Shown: positions 29,883-38,340 of the stretch, piece after piece
How the letters are laid out: each line of letters begins with the position of its first letter
How positions within the stretch are numbered: the first letter of the stretch is position 1
Assembly: GCA_963674695.2 (NCBI GenBank)
Contig: CAXXGI010000002.1
Location: forward strand, 672,001 to 736,000
Direction: 5' to 3'
DNA: 64,000 nt
Source: a bacterium
Lineage (GTDB): Bacteria; UBA10199; 2-02-FULL-44-16; JAAZCA01
Notes under the pieces: model-generated
Told to the model about the DNA's origin: nothing
The model's database searches: none
Seen by the model: the letters and a program-made list of their open reading frames with translations, nothing else
Translations under genes and position numbers: made by a program

Positions 29883-31118
29883 TTAGTCGATGTAGGCGTA
29901 GGCCCAGATCTTGGTGTCGTTGACGAGATTGTCGATGATGCAATATTCGTTCGGGCCGTGCAGCGTCTGATCGATGCGCGAATAGACGACACACGGAAAG
30001 CCCGCCTGACGGAAGAACTGTGCGACGGTGTTTCCGCCGGATCCGGCCGGTTTCGCGTCGACGCCATAGATCTGTTTGGCCGCGCGCGCAATGCTCTGCA
30101 CGATCGGCTCGTTCATCGATGTGGGCGGCGCGGCCTTCATGAGGTTTTCCACCGTTACTTGGGCGCTGCCGCCGAAGCGTTTGGCGATATCCTGCGCGCG
30201 TTCGGTGAAGGCCTTTTGGAAGACCGCCGGATCGACTTCCGGGAGCAGCCGGCAGTCGAAGAAGACGACGTCTTCGCCGGGGATCGTGTTGACGTTGCCG
30301 ACGTTCTGTACCTTCATCGTCGGCTCGAAGGTGCAGCTGGGCTCCGGGGTGAAGAGCGGATCCTTCTGCGGGAACTGCTCGCGCAGCGCCTCCATGCCGG
30401 TGATGATGTTGGCCGTGATGCGATGGGCGTTGATGCCGCTGGAAGGGTAGGCGCCGTGGGCCTGTTTGCCCTTGGCGGTCACCTTGAGCCAGAGTGTTGT
30501 CTTCTCGGCCACCTCGATCTCATCGCCCGCGCTGTTGCCGGCATCGGGGACGATGACGACGTCGTTCTTGCCGAAGAGATCACGGTGATTCTTGAGCACG
30601 TATTCGGCGCCGAAGCTGTTGCCGCATTCCTCATCCGCCACGAGGAGCAACCCCACGTTGCAGGTCGGGGTGATGCCCGCCTCTTTGAGCGCCTTGGCGG
30701 CGAAGATACCGGTGACGGAGGCCTGGTTGTTGTCCTCCGAGCCGCGTCCGTAGATGCGGCCGTCTTTCACGACCGCTTCAAAGGGGGGCGTGTTCCAGAG
30801 CTTGACGTCGCCTTCAGGGACGACGTCGATATGCGCCATCAGCCAGATCGTGCGGCTGGTGTCCGTTCCTTTGAGGACTGCGGCGTAGTTCGGGCGTACG
30901 CCGCCCTCAGCGCGCTCGTCCTTGGCCGGGAGCGCGGTGACGGTATCGAAGATCTCCTTCAAAATCGGTTCGAAATACTGCCCCTTCTCGTATTCCCCTT
31001 TGCCACCGCTGTCGGGCGAGACGGGCTTCATCGGGATGATCGCCTTCTGCATCGCGATCATCTCGTCCCGATACCCATCGATGGTGGCGCAGAGTTTTTC
31101 GAATGCCTGCTGATCCAT
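29883..31118 (-). CDS. M20 family metallo-hydrolase (DapE/ArgE-like)
   Basis: AHIDVVP.G...W..PPF, YGRGSEDN, DEE.G, HGPNEY. Confidence 0.92.
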   Translation of the reverse strand: MDQQAFEKLCATIDGYRDEMIAMQKAIIPMKPVSPDSGGKGEYEKGQYFEPILKEIFDTVTALPAKDERAEGGVRPNYAAVLKGTDTSRTIWLMAHIDVVPEGDVKLWNTPPFEAVVKDGRIYGRGSEDNNQASVTGIFAAKALKEAGITPTCNVGLLLVADEECGNSFGAEYVLKNHRDLFGKNDVVIVPDAGNSAGDEIEVAEKTTLWLKVTAKGKQAHGAYPSSGINAHRITANIITGMEALREQFPQKDPLFTPEPSCTFEPTMKVQNVGNVNTIPGEDVVFFDCRLLPEVDPAVFQKAFTERAQDIAKRFGGSAQVTVENLMKAAPPTSMNEPIVQSIARAAKQIYGVDAKPAGSGGNTVAQFFRQAGFPCVVYSRIDQTLHGPNEYCIIDNLVNDTKIWAYAYID

Positions 31119-31208
31119 AACCCCTCCTTGTTGAAGTCCGGCCACCCTAAAACCCCCGCCAGGGGAAGTCAACCGATGCCAAAGTGCAAGCACCGCAAAC
31201 CATGCGAT

Positions 31209-31627
31209 TGCCTGCCACGGCCCCATTCCCTTCGTCGCTCAGGCCACGCGCCAGCGTCACCGCGCTGCGCATCCTTCCCTTCATCGTGGGGCGCGCTTCG
31301 CTCGCTACCCCTCGCACAAAATCCGTTGGCTAACTAAGGAGTTCATATCCCACTGCACATCTGACTTCGGCTTATGGCCTGCGACTGCGTCAGATTTCGA
31401 CAAATATCCGTCAACGTAGCTACGGCTACGCCTCCGGATGTTTCTCTCATCTTCCTTGTCTCGGCTCATAATCCTGTGTCATCTGTGCAGTGGGATATGA
31501 ACTCCTTAGTAATCGACATTGAGGATCCTCCTTCGTCGGCTCTCAATACCGTGAAGCCAATCGGATTTTGTGTTTCGGGATACGCTCGTCTCGCAAACGC
31601 GCCTTTATACTCCTCCGGGAAGGATGC
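31209..31627 (-). repeat. Degenerate copy of a ~200-bp structured repeat (interrupted by a MITE), inverted relative to 36620-36827
   Basis: Shared blocks, e.g. GTCTCGCAAACGCGC, CTCCTCCGGGAAG, TCCTTCGTC, CCTTCCCTTC, TGCCTGCCACG. Confidence 0.7.
31333..31510. mobile_element. 178-bp MITE-like element
   Basis: 27-bp perfect TIR ACTAAGGAGTTCATATCCCACTGCACA; internal CGTAGCTACGGCTACG palindrome; no credible ORF. Confidence 0.8.
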
Positions 31628-31765
31628 ACAGCGCGGTGTGCCAAGAGAACCCATCTAAACGCACTGCTGGACGATGGCCTCAAGAGATCTATGTCACATT
31701 GTCGAGATTGCGGTATGCGTTACAACCTATTGTAATCACTGTATTATCAGAAAAATGAGGGGGCA

Positions 31766-33700
31766 CCCCCCATCCGACAGGAAGAAAGTTGTTTGTGCGC
31801 GGAAATGCTGGCGTAGATTGAGAAGGCGAAGAATCGAAGATGATTCGATCTTCACCCTGAGGGTGAAGATCGGGACCGATAGTGCGGGTTGTCCCTCTTG
31901 TCCACATCCGGCGGTGGGTATCCCCTTCATTACTATGGTCGGAGTTTAGTCTGGAGGGAGACTGCAAAAAAAAAAGGGAAGCCCCTCTTTTCCTCTCGGA
32001 AAAGCTCGTGTAGAAAGGGTTTGAGACTCCATCCTACACAAAGGAAAGGAACTTCCCTATGATCAGACCTCTACGCCAAAGCCTCCTTCCGTTCAAGTGT
32101 GAAATGATGGATCGCGACGATACGCTCACCGGATTCGGTGGTCTGCCCCTACTGCACGAGATGATGCTCGCCCTGGAGCTGCCTCGATTCGTACGCCGTA
32201 CGCTCAAGCTGAAGGGGAAGGGCTGGGAGGAGTGGCGACTCCTCGAAGCGCTTATCGTCATGACCGTTGCAGGTGGGGAGCATATGGGCGATATAGCGAT
32301 GCTGAAAAGCGACGGGGCCTATCATCGTTTGATCGGTAACGAGGGGATGCCCGGCCCCAAGGCCGTCGAGCGGTTCTTGAAGCGCTTTCACGATCAAGCG
32401 CTCGTCGATGAGCGCCCTTTGTTTCCTCGCTCGTGGGTGCCAAAGGAGACGAAAGCGCTTCAATCGTTGGGGAAGATCGATCGCCATATTGCCCGCAAGC
32501 TCATCGAGCGGAGCGGACTGGCCACCGTAACGATCGAAAACGATGCCACCGTCGTTACAAGTCACAAGGATGGTGCGCTGGCAACGTACAAGGGCGGCGT
32601 TGGCTACCTCCCCGTCATCGGCACGATCGCAGAGCTGGGGATCGTCATCGCCGACGAGTTTCGAGACGGAAACGTTGCCCCTGCACACGATGTCCTGGGC
32701 TTCTTCAAGCGCTGTTTCTCGGTGATTCCCAAGGGCATGCACCATATCCGCACACGGCTGGACGGAGCATATTACGATCACGACCTCATCGATTTCCTTG
32801 GGCGCGAGAAGATCTCATTCACGATCACCGGGGAGAAGCGCGCCGGGATCCTGGACTGGATCGAGAGGATACCTGATCAGGAATGGAAGCCGCTCACGAA
32901 GATTACTGAGCAAGGCTCCGTCCCCACTGGGCGCGAGTGGACCGAGATCGACTGGGTGAGTGCAAACGGATCGCAGGAGCAGATGCGGGATAGGACGTAT
33001 CGCTATCTCGTCACCAGAAAGACAGCGGATCAGTGGGAGCTGTTTCAGGAGGAGGCCGCAGGAGAGGTCGTACGCAAGGAACGCTATGAGCTCATAGTCA
33101 CCAACATGAAGTGGGAGGGCGATCGCCTCATCCGGTGGCACCACGAACGGGGTGGGACGATCGAACACGTCAACAAGCAGATCAAGAGCGATCTCGCCGG
33201 TGGAACGCTTCCCTGTGCCGAATTCGGCGCCAACGCCGCATGGTGGAGGATCCAGTGCATCGCTCAGAATCTTGTGCAGGCACTCCAACTGCACGCCCTG
33301 CCCGAGGAGCTCTCAACCTGCCGACTCAAGAAGCTGCGGCTCTGGCTCTTCTGCATCGCCGGACGCGTCATCAAGACTGGACGGCAGATCATCATCAAAC
33401 TCCGTCACGGACATCCGTCGTTTGAGATCTATCGAGATGCCAGGCGACTCATCGCGAATATGGCTGGGACGTGAGGGCACAGGAAGAACGCGAGAGAAGG
33501 GAAAAAGAGAAGAACAGAAACCGTCGATGGGGTGCGTTCGTAATGTGGCATGAGATATCCTCAGACGGCGGTGAAGACGACAAGACGGAGAAAACATCTC
33601 CGCGCGGCGCTGTTTTCGACGAGATCCAGCCGCCATTTTAAAAAAACAGGCCGGATAATGGTGTGAAGTTAATGCCAATTTTGATGTGTCGGATTTGGGG
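31766..33700 (+). mobile_element. IS1380-family insertion sequence
   Basis: TIR-like ends CCCCCCATCCGACA / TGTCGGATTTGGGG around the transposase; no clear TSD seen. Confidence 0.75.
32059..33474 (+). CDS. IS1380 DDE transposase
   Basis: LTGFGGL, NDATV, GYLP, FRDGN, RLDGAYY, ERGGTIE, FGANAAW, LRLWLFCIAGRV. Confidence 0.93.
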   Translation: MIRPLRQSLLPFKCEMMDRDDTLTGFGGLPLLHEMMLALELPRFVRRTLKLKGKGWEEWRLLEALIVMTVAGGEHMGDIAMLKSDGAYHRLIGNEGMPGPKAVERFLKRFHDQALVDERPLFPRSWVPKETKALQSLGKIDRHIARKLIERSGLATVTIENDATVVTSHKDGALATYKGGVGYLPVIGTIAELGIVIADEFRDGNVAPAHDVLGFFKRCFSVIPKGMHHIRTRLDGAYYDHDLIDFLGREKISFTITGEKRAGILDWIERIPDQEWKPLTKITEQGSVPTGREWTEIDWVSANGSQEQMRDRTYRYLVTRKTADQWELFQEEAAGEVVRKERYELIVTNMKWEGDRLIRWHHERGGTIEHVNKQIKSDLAGGTLPCAEFGANAAWWRIQCIAQNLVQALQLHALPEELSTCRLKKLRLWLFCIAGRVIKTGRQIIIKLRHGHPSFEIYRDARRLIANMAGT

Positions 33701-33713
33701 GATCATGAACCAC

Positions 33714-33741
33714 GCAACTTTTCCGGTGTTGAACCGACAAT
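33714..33741 (+). promoter_or_regulatory. Putative sigma28-like promoter of the DGR target (GCAACTT-N12-ACCGACAAT)
   Basis: Same bipartite motif family; 48 nt upstream of the ATG. Confidence 0.5.
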
Positions 33742-33788
33742 GGAGATGTGTGAGCGTATAAATCAAAATTTCAAACAGGAGGTGTGCG

Positions 33789-34691
33789 ATGGCAGGTCCA
33801 GTCAAGTGTCCGAACGATATGTGCCCGATCCCGGCGGGGACGTTCAAAATGGGATCGACGAACGGCGATCCGGACGAACAGCCGGTTCGCGAGATCGAGC
33901 TCTCGGCATATAAGATGATGAAGCACCCCGTGACCGTGCGCGAGTACAGGGCCTATCTGGCCGAGAAGGGCGAGGGCGATCGCTTCAAAGCCCTCATCAA
34001 GGGTTGTGGGGCGGATGCCAAGTGGCGGACCGTCGAAAATAAAAAGGGACAAGGGAAGGTGAAGACCCGAAAGGATGCCGCCGGGCTTTTGCGAGGAAAA
34101 ATCGATGGGAAGAAGGTGTGCGAGGCCAAGATCGAAACCATCACCCCCGCCTCCATGCTCAAATTGGACGAGGGGTTCGACGGCGACGATCAGCCGATGG
34201 TCGAGGTGAGTTGGCCTGAGGCCGATGCCTACTGCAAATTCTACGGCATGGAGCTCCCCTCGGAGGCACAGTGGGAACGGGGTGCAAGAGACCTTGCCGG
34301 TGACAAGGAGTATGGGACATCGAGCGGGACGAGGGCGCGTTTGAGCAAGGAGGCGCATGTCAGTGCGAGGGAGACTGCGCCGGTCTGCTCCTATGCGGAA
34401 AACGAAATTGGCCTCTGTGACATGGCCGGCCAGGTGTGGGAATGGACGCGAGATGTGTACCAGGATAGTTATGAGGGGTTGAGTTCAAAAGATCCTTGTA
34501 ACAATCCGCCCCTTCCTGAATCTCAAAAGGATAAGCCCGACAAACGCAATAGGGTCCTCCGCGGCGGTTCCTGGTACTTCCTCAATCCGAGGTTCTTGCG
34601 TGCGGCGTATCGTTACGACTTCCTCCCCGCCGTTGGCTACTGCAATGTTGGGTTTCGGTGTGTGGCGGCCCCGCAGGACTCCAAAAAGTGA
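33789..34691 (+). CDS. DGR target protein, FGE-sulfatase/CLec fold
   Basis: IPAGTFKMGS, HPVTVREY, PMVEVSW.EA..YC, LPSEAQWE, GLCDMAGQVWEW, RVLRGGSW...GFRCV; VR at the 3' end. Confidence 0.95.
   Translation: MAGPVKCPNDMCPIPAGTFKMGSTNGDPDEQPVREIELSAYKMMKHPVTVREYRAYLAEKGEGDRFKALIKGCGADAKWRTVENKKGQGKVKTRKDAAGLLRGKIDGKKVCEAKIETITPASMLKLDEGFDGDDQPMVEVSWPEADAYCKFYGMELPSEAQWERGARDLAGDKEYGTSSGTRARLSKEAHVSARETAPVCSYAENEIGLCDMAGQVWEWTRDVYQDSYEGLSSKDPCNNPPLPESQKDKPDKRNRVLRGGSWYFLNPRFLRAAYRYDFLPAVGYCNVGFRCVAAPQDSKK
34552..34682 (+). repeat. DGR variable repeat (VR) incl. IMH
   Basis: 131-bp ungapped match to TR 36161-36291; 20 mismatches at TR adenines plus one C/G near the 3' end. Confidence 0.97.
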
Positions 34692-34720
34692 TGTAGACTT
34701 TTATTCTTTTGTTTTTTACC

Positions 34721-34755
34721 CTCGCCCCGTCCTTTCGTAGAAAGGACGGGGCGAG
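34721..34755. promoter_or_regulatory. DGR target-recognition hairpin/cruciform
   Basis: Perfect 16-bp stem CTCGCCCCGTCCTTTC, 3-nt GTA loop, just downstream of VR/IMH. Confidence 0.85.
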
Positions 34756-34759
34756 TTTT

Positions 34760-34843
34760 ATGATGACAGCCAACCCTCAAATCATCGCCAGGATGTATGA
34801 TCTACTGCTCTACCTCATTCCGCAGGTCTCCAAATTTCCACGA
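34760..34843 (+). pseudogene. avd: Avd (DGR accessory variability determinant) 5' remnant
   Basis: MMTANPQIIARMYDLLLYLIPQVSKFPR matches the Avd N-terminal YDL..Y..P...KFPR pattern, then runs into REP sequence. Confidence 0.8.
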
Positions 34844-34864
34844 ACTGAACTGGAAGCAGTTTTT

Positions 34865-35275
34865 CCCTCCCCCTTGATGGGGGAGGGTCAGGGTGGGGGT
34901 GGCCTTTGAAGAAACTCGTATCCCTCTCAAGAAACTTGAGGACGAACGCTACGGATACGGAGAAATTCCTATGGCAGCGCCTCAAGGGGAAGCAATTGAC
35001 CGGTTTTAAGTTCCGGAGGCAGGCACCCATCGGAAGGTACGTCGTGGACTTTGTTTGCTTTGAGAAGCGCGTTATCATCGAATGCGACGGCGGCCAGCAC
35101 GCCGATCAAGTCGAAAAAGACCAGCGGCGGGATTCCTGGTTTGCCCAACAGGGATACCGCGTTCTGAGATTCTGGGATAACGACGTTCTCAAAAATGTTG
35201 AGGGAGTTCTGGAGACGATTCTCGACGCCTGTCAGGGTCACCCTCCCTCCGACTCCCTCCCATCAAGGGAGGGAG
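34865..35275. mobile_element. REP-flanked DUF559 cassette inserted in the DGR
   Basis: CCCTCCCCCTTGATGGGGGAGGG..GGGTG and CACCC..CTCCCTCCCATCAAGGGAGGGAG inverted REP-like ends around the nuclease gene. Confidence 0.7.
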
Positions 35276-35286
35276 AAAAGAGTTAG
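34906..35286 (+). CDS. DUF559 / Vsr-like endonuclease
   Basis: [44 protein letters not shown]....GYRVLRFW. Confidence 0.92.
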   Translation: MKKLVSLSRNLRTNATDTEKFLWQRLKGKQLTGFKFRRQAPIGRYVVDFVCFEKRVIIECDGGQHADQVEKDQRRDSWFAQQGYRVLRFWDNDVLKNVEGVLETILDACQGHPPSDSLPSREGEKS

Positions 35287-35288
35287 AC

Positions 35289-36148
35289 AGCGCTGCCCCG
35301 TATCGCGACCGTGTGGTCCACCACGCTATACACAACATTCTCGAGCCGATCTTCGATCCGACGTTCATCCACGATTCCTATGCCACACGAAAGGAAAAGG
35401 GAACGCATGCAGCCATCGACCGCTTTCAGGAGTTCGCGCGAAAGAATCGTTACGCGTTGAAATGCGATGTGAAGCAGTATTTCCCGAGTATCCGGCACGA
35501 CATTCTGCTCGACTTGATCAAGCGAAAGGTCGGATGTTGCGCAACGATTCGGCTGATCGAAAAGATCTTGAATTCGCACGACGCCATGGCCAGTTTCTTG
35601 CATCCATCCATCCATCCATCCATCCATCCATCCATCCATCCATCCATCCATCCATCCATCCAGTAGGAATCCCTATTGGAAATCTGACTTCACAGTTCTT
35701 CGCAAATGTCTATCTCAACGGGTTGGATCATTTCGTCAAAGAACAGTTGAAGTGCCGATGTTATCTTCGGTATATGGATGATTTTGTCCTCTTCCACCGG
35801 GACAAACAGTTCTTGTGGACAGCCAGGGGGGCGATTCAGGAATATCTTGAGGGTCTGCATCTCTCCATGCATGAGGGGAAGTGTCGGGTTTTCAAGACGG
35901 CAACGGGCGTCCCTTTTCTCGGTATGGTCGTTTTCCCTCACTGTCGTCGATTGAAGAGGGGGAATGTCATCCGATTTAAGAGGAGGTTGAAGCGTTTTCA
36001 GCAATCGTATGGGAAGGGAACCATCGAATGGTTGCATATCAGGCAATCCATTCGATCTTGGATCGGTCATGCCTCTCATGCCGATACGGCAAGATTGAGA
36101 GAATATTTATTGGAGGATGTGGTCTTCCAGCGAAAGGAGGGTGATTGA
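35289..36148 (+). pseudogene. DGR reverse transcriptase, N-terminally truncated and frameshifted at a (CATC)15 tract
   Basis: Frame A: [13 protein letters not shown]...[12 protein letters not shown]...[11 protein letters not shown]. Frame B: [17 protein letters not shown]...RYMDDFV...PFLG...SWIGHA. The SQ motif is DGR-type. Confidence 0.93.
35601..35662. repeat. Tetranucleotide microsatellite (CATC)15CA
   Basis: Counted directly from the sequence. Confidence 0.97.
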
Positions 36149-36160
36149 TCGAAACGGAGT

Positions 36161-36291
36161 GGGTCCTCCGCGGCGGTTCCTGGAACAACAACAATCCGAG
36201 GAACTTGCGTGCGGCGAATCGTAACAACAACCACCCCGCCAATAGCAACAACAATATTGGGTTTCGGTGTGTGGCGGCCCCGCAGCACTCC
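36161..36291 (+). ncRNA. DGR template repeat (TR)
   Basis: AAC/AAT-rich (13 AAY codons in the VR frame) copy of the VR, immediately after the RT stop. Confidence 0.95.
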
Positions 36292-36619
36292 CTGATTCGG
36301 AGTCAAAGGTTTCAAATCGGAGTCCCGGATTTTACGAAATCCGGGGGCGAGTTTGAAGGGAGTCCAGATCGATCGCCCTGGTTTGCTGTGTGATGCGGCG
36401 AACCGAAGATCGCATGGCCCCACCCGGCCCTCGTACCGGTGCATTGCCGTTGACGCGGCGCTTGTCCGCCAACGCCTTGTGGCGGGAGCGGGACGGGTGG
36501 GGATTTTTATTGTGCTTTGGCGACCATTACTCTTTTCATTCCCGTCTTCACGCGTTTTGGCGTCATCGGTGTCTGTGAAGAGCCGCCGGTTCCTGGTTTG
36601 TCATATATGGACTGCCCTC

Positions 36620-36827
36620 CTGCCTGCCACGGCCTTCTTCCCGGAGGAGCCTAAAAGCGCGTTTGCGAGACCGACCGTATGAGTCGTGAAAATGCCGACT
36701 GGTTTCGTGCGTTCGGGGCTGACGAAGGAAGACACGAACGCACGGTGTTGAAACCAGCGGCATTTTCGCGGCGAGTAGGGAGGCGAGCGCGCTCGAGCGG
36801 CGAAGGGAAGGAGGTCGTGGCAGGCAG
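36620..36827 (+). repeat. ~208-bp highly structured repeat/MITE-like element
   Basis: Terminal IR CTGCCTGCCACG(G/A)CC; nested IRs GAAAATGCCG/CGGCATTTTC and CGTGCGTTCG/CGAACGCACG. Confidence 0.7.
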
Positions 36828-36909
36828 TCTCGCTTGACTCGTGCTCTCGCCGTTGACTTCGGATCGGCTTCTGGTAGTTTCGGTGTCTCACTGCCACCGG
36901 GAGGGACGC

Positions 36910-38280
36910 ATGGACACGGCATTGAAATACTTGGAAGAGAATCGCAAGCGACATCAGGAGCTGATGTTCGAGTGTCTGCGCATGGAGACGGTTTCGGCCA
37001 AGAGTGAAAAGGAGGGCGAGATTCGTCGGTGCGGTGATTGGTTGGTCAAACTCGTCGCGGATATGGGGTTTGAAAACGCTGCCCTGCAGGAGACCGGCGG
37101 ATTGCCCGCCGTGTATGCCGATTGGTTGCATGCGGGCGCGGATAAACCCACGATCCTGGTCTATGGACACTTCGACGTGCAGCCGCCCGAGCCGCTCGAT
37201 CTGTGGGAGACGCCGCCGTTTGAGCCGACCATTCGCGATGGCCGTGTCTTCGGTCGTGGGACGGCCGATGATAAGTGTCAGCTGCTCATCCATGTCTTTG
37301 CGCTCGAGGCGCTGCTCAAGATCGACGGGAAACTTCCGATCAACATCAAGCTCTTCTTTGAGAGTGAAGAGGAGGGGGGCACGGGGAGCACGCCGAAGTT
37401 TGTGGAGGAACATCGCGATCTGCTCGCCTGTGATGCGGTGATGCTCTCGGACACCGCGTGGATGGACGAGGAAAACCCGGTCATGATGTACGGCCTGCGC
37501 GGGATCAGCTATTTTCAGGCCGATTTTAAGGGCCCCAACCGCGACCTGCACTCCGGGCGCTTCGGCGGCGTGGTGCAAAACCCGATCGAGGCGATGGCGA
37601 CGGTGATCGCACGGCTGCACGATGAAAAGGGCCGTATCGCCGTTCCGACCATCTATAATGATGTGGTCCCCATCTCGCCCGAAGAACGCGCGGAGTTGGC
37701 CAAACTCGGCGACAACACGGAGGAGACGAAACGCTACCTCGCGGTCGATGCGCTCGCCGGCGAGGAGGGCTATTCCCCCTTCGAGCGCAACTGGGCGCGG
37801 CCGGCGCTCGATGTGCACGGCATCTGGGGCGGTTATCAGGACGAGGGCTCCAAGACCGTGATCGCGAGCAAATGCGGATTCAAGGCGAGCATGCGGCTGG
37901 TGCCGAATCAGGAGCCGAAGAAGGTCTTCGAGGCGTGCAAGACGTTCATCGAAGAGGTCTGCCCGAAGGGGGTCCAGGTGAACGTCGAATTCTATCACGG
38001 CGGCGAGCCGCTGATGGTGCCGATCGACAATCCCTATCTGCGCTGTGCACAGAAGAGTTTGGAGAAGGCCTTCGATAAGCCTGCGCTCCTCATCCGCGAG
38101 GGGGCATCGGTGCCGATCACCGCGACCTTCAAGGACGCGCTCGGCGCGCTCCCCATCCTCATGGGCTTCGACGTCCCCACCGGCAACATCCACGCCCCGA
38201 ACGAAAACTTCATCCTCGAACACTTCTTCAAGGGCATGGAGGCGGCGCTACACTTCTATCGGGATGCGGCGACGGTGTGA
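36910..38280 (+). CDS. M20 family dipeptidase
   Basis: YGHFDVQP, GRGTADDK, EEEGG, DLHSG.FGG, NIHAPNENF. Confidence 0.93.
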   Translation: MDTALKYLEENRKRHQELMFECLRMETVSAKSEKEGEIRRCGDWLVKLVADMGFENAALQETGGLPAVYADWLHAGADKPTILVYGHFDVQPPEPLDLWETPPFEPTIRDGRVFGRGTADDKCQLLIHVFALEALLKIDGKLPINIKLFFESEEEGGTGSTPKFVEEHRDLLACDAVMLSDTAWMDEENPVMMYGLRGISYFQADFKGPNRDLHSGRFGGVVQNPIEAMATVIARLHDEKGRIAVPTIYNDVVPISPEERAELAKLGDNTEETKRYLAVDALAGEEGYSPFERNWARPALDVHGIWGGYQDEGSKTVIASKCGFKASMRLVPNQEPKKVFEACKTFIEEVCPKGVQVNVEFYHGGEPLMVPIDNPYLRCAQKSLEKAFDKPALLIREGASVPITATFKDALGALPILMGFDVPTGNIHAPNENFILEHFFKGMEAALHFYRDAATV

Positions 38281-38340
38281 GGGGAATGCGTTTGCCTGAC
38301 AGCTTCATATTCTGTACAATCACGTTCCAAAGGGGGGGAT

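Noticed and set aside
29664-31337. 557-aa plus-strand ORF
   Set aside because: Antisense shadow of the M20 hydrolase; no motifs. The same applies to 36601-38223(-), 62407-63747(-), 2002-3264(-) and 41784-43109(+).
35283-35659. Minus-strand MDGW-repeat ORFs
   Set aside because: Antisense translations of the CATC microsatellite.
35289-36148. Group II intron or retron interpretation of the RT
   Set aside because: The LTSQ motif, avd remnant and A-specific TR/VR pair identify a DGR; no intron or msr-msd structure seen.
36145-36393. 82-aa Asn-rich ORF (RGGSWNNNN...)
   Set aside because: It is the conceptual translation of the DGR template repeat, not a second target gene.
36695-36770. Possible hammerhead ribozyme (CTGACGA...GAAAC)
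   Set aside because: Stems I/II do not form in the required register, and the second copy of the element reads CCGACGA.
31209-36827. Prophage origin of the DGR
   Set aside because: No integrase, structural or lysis genes in the window.
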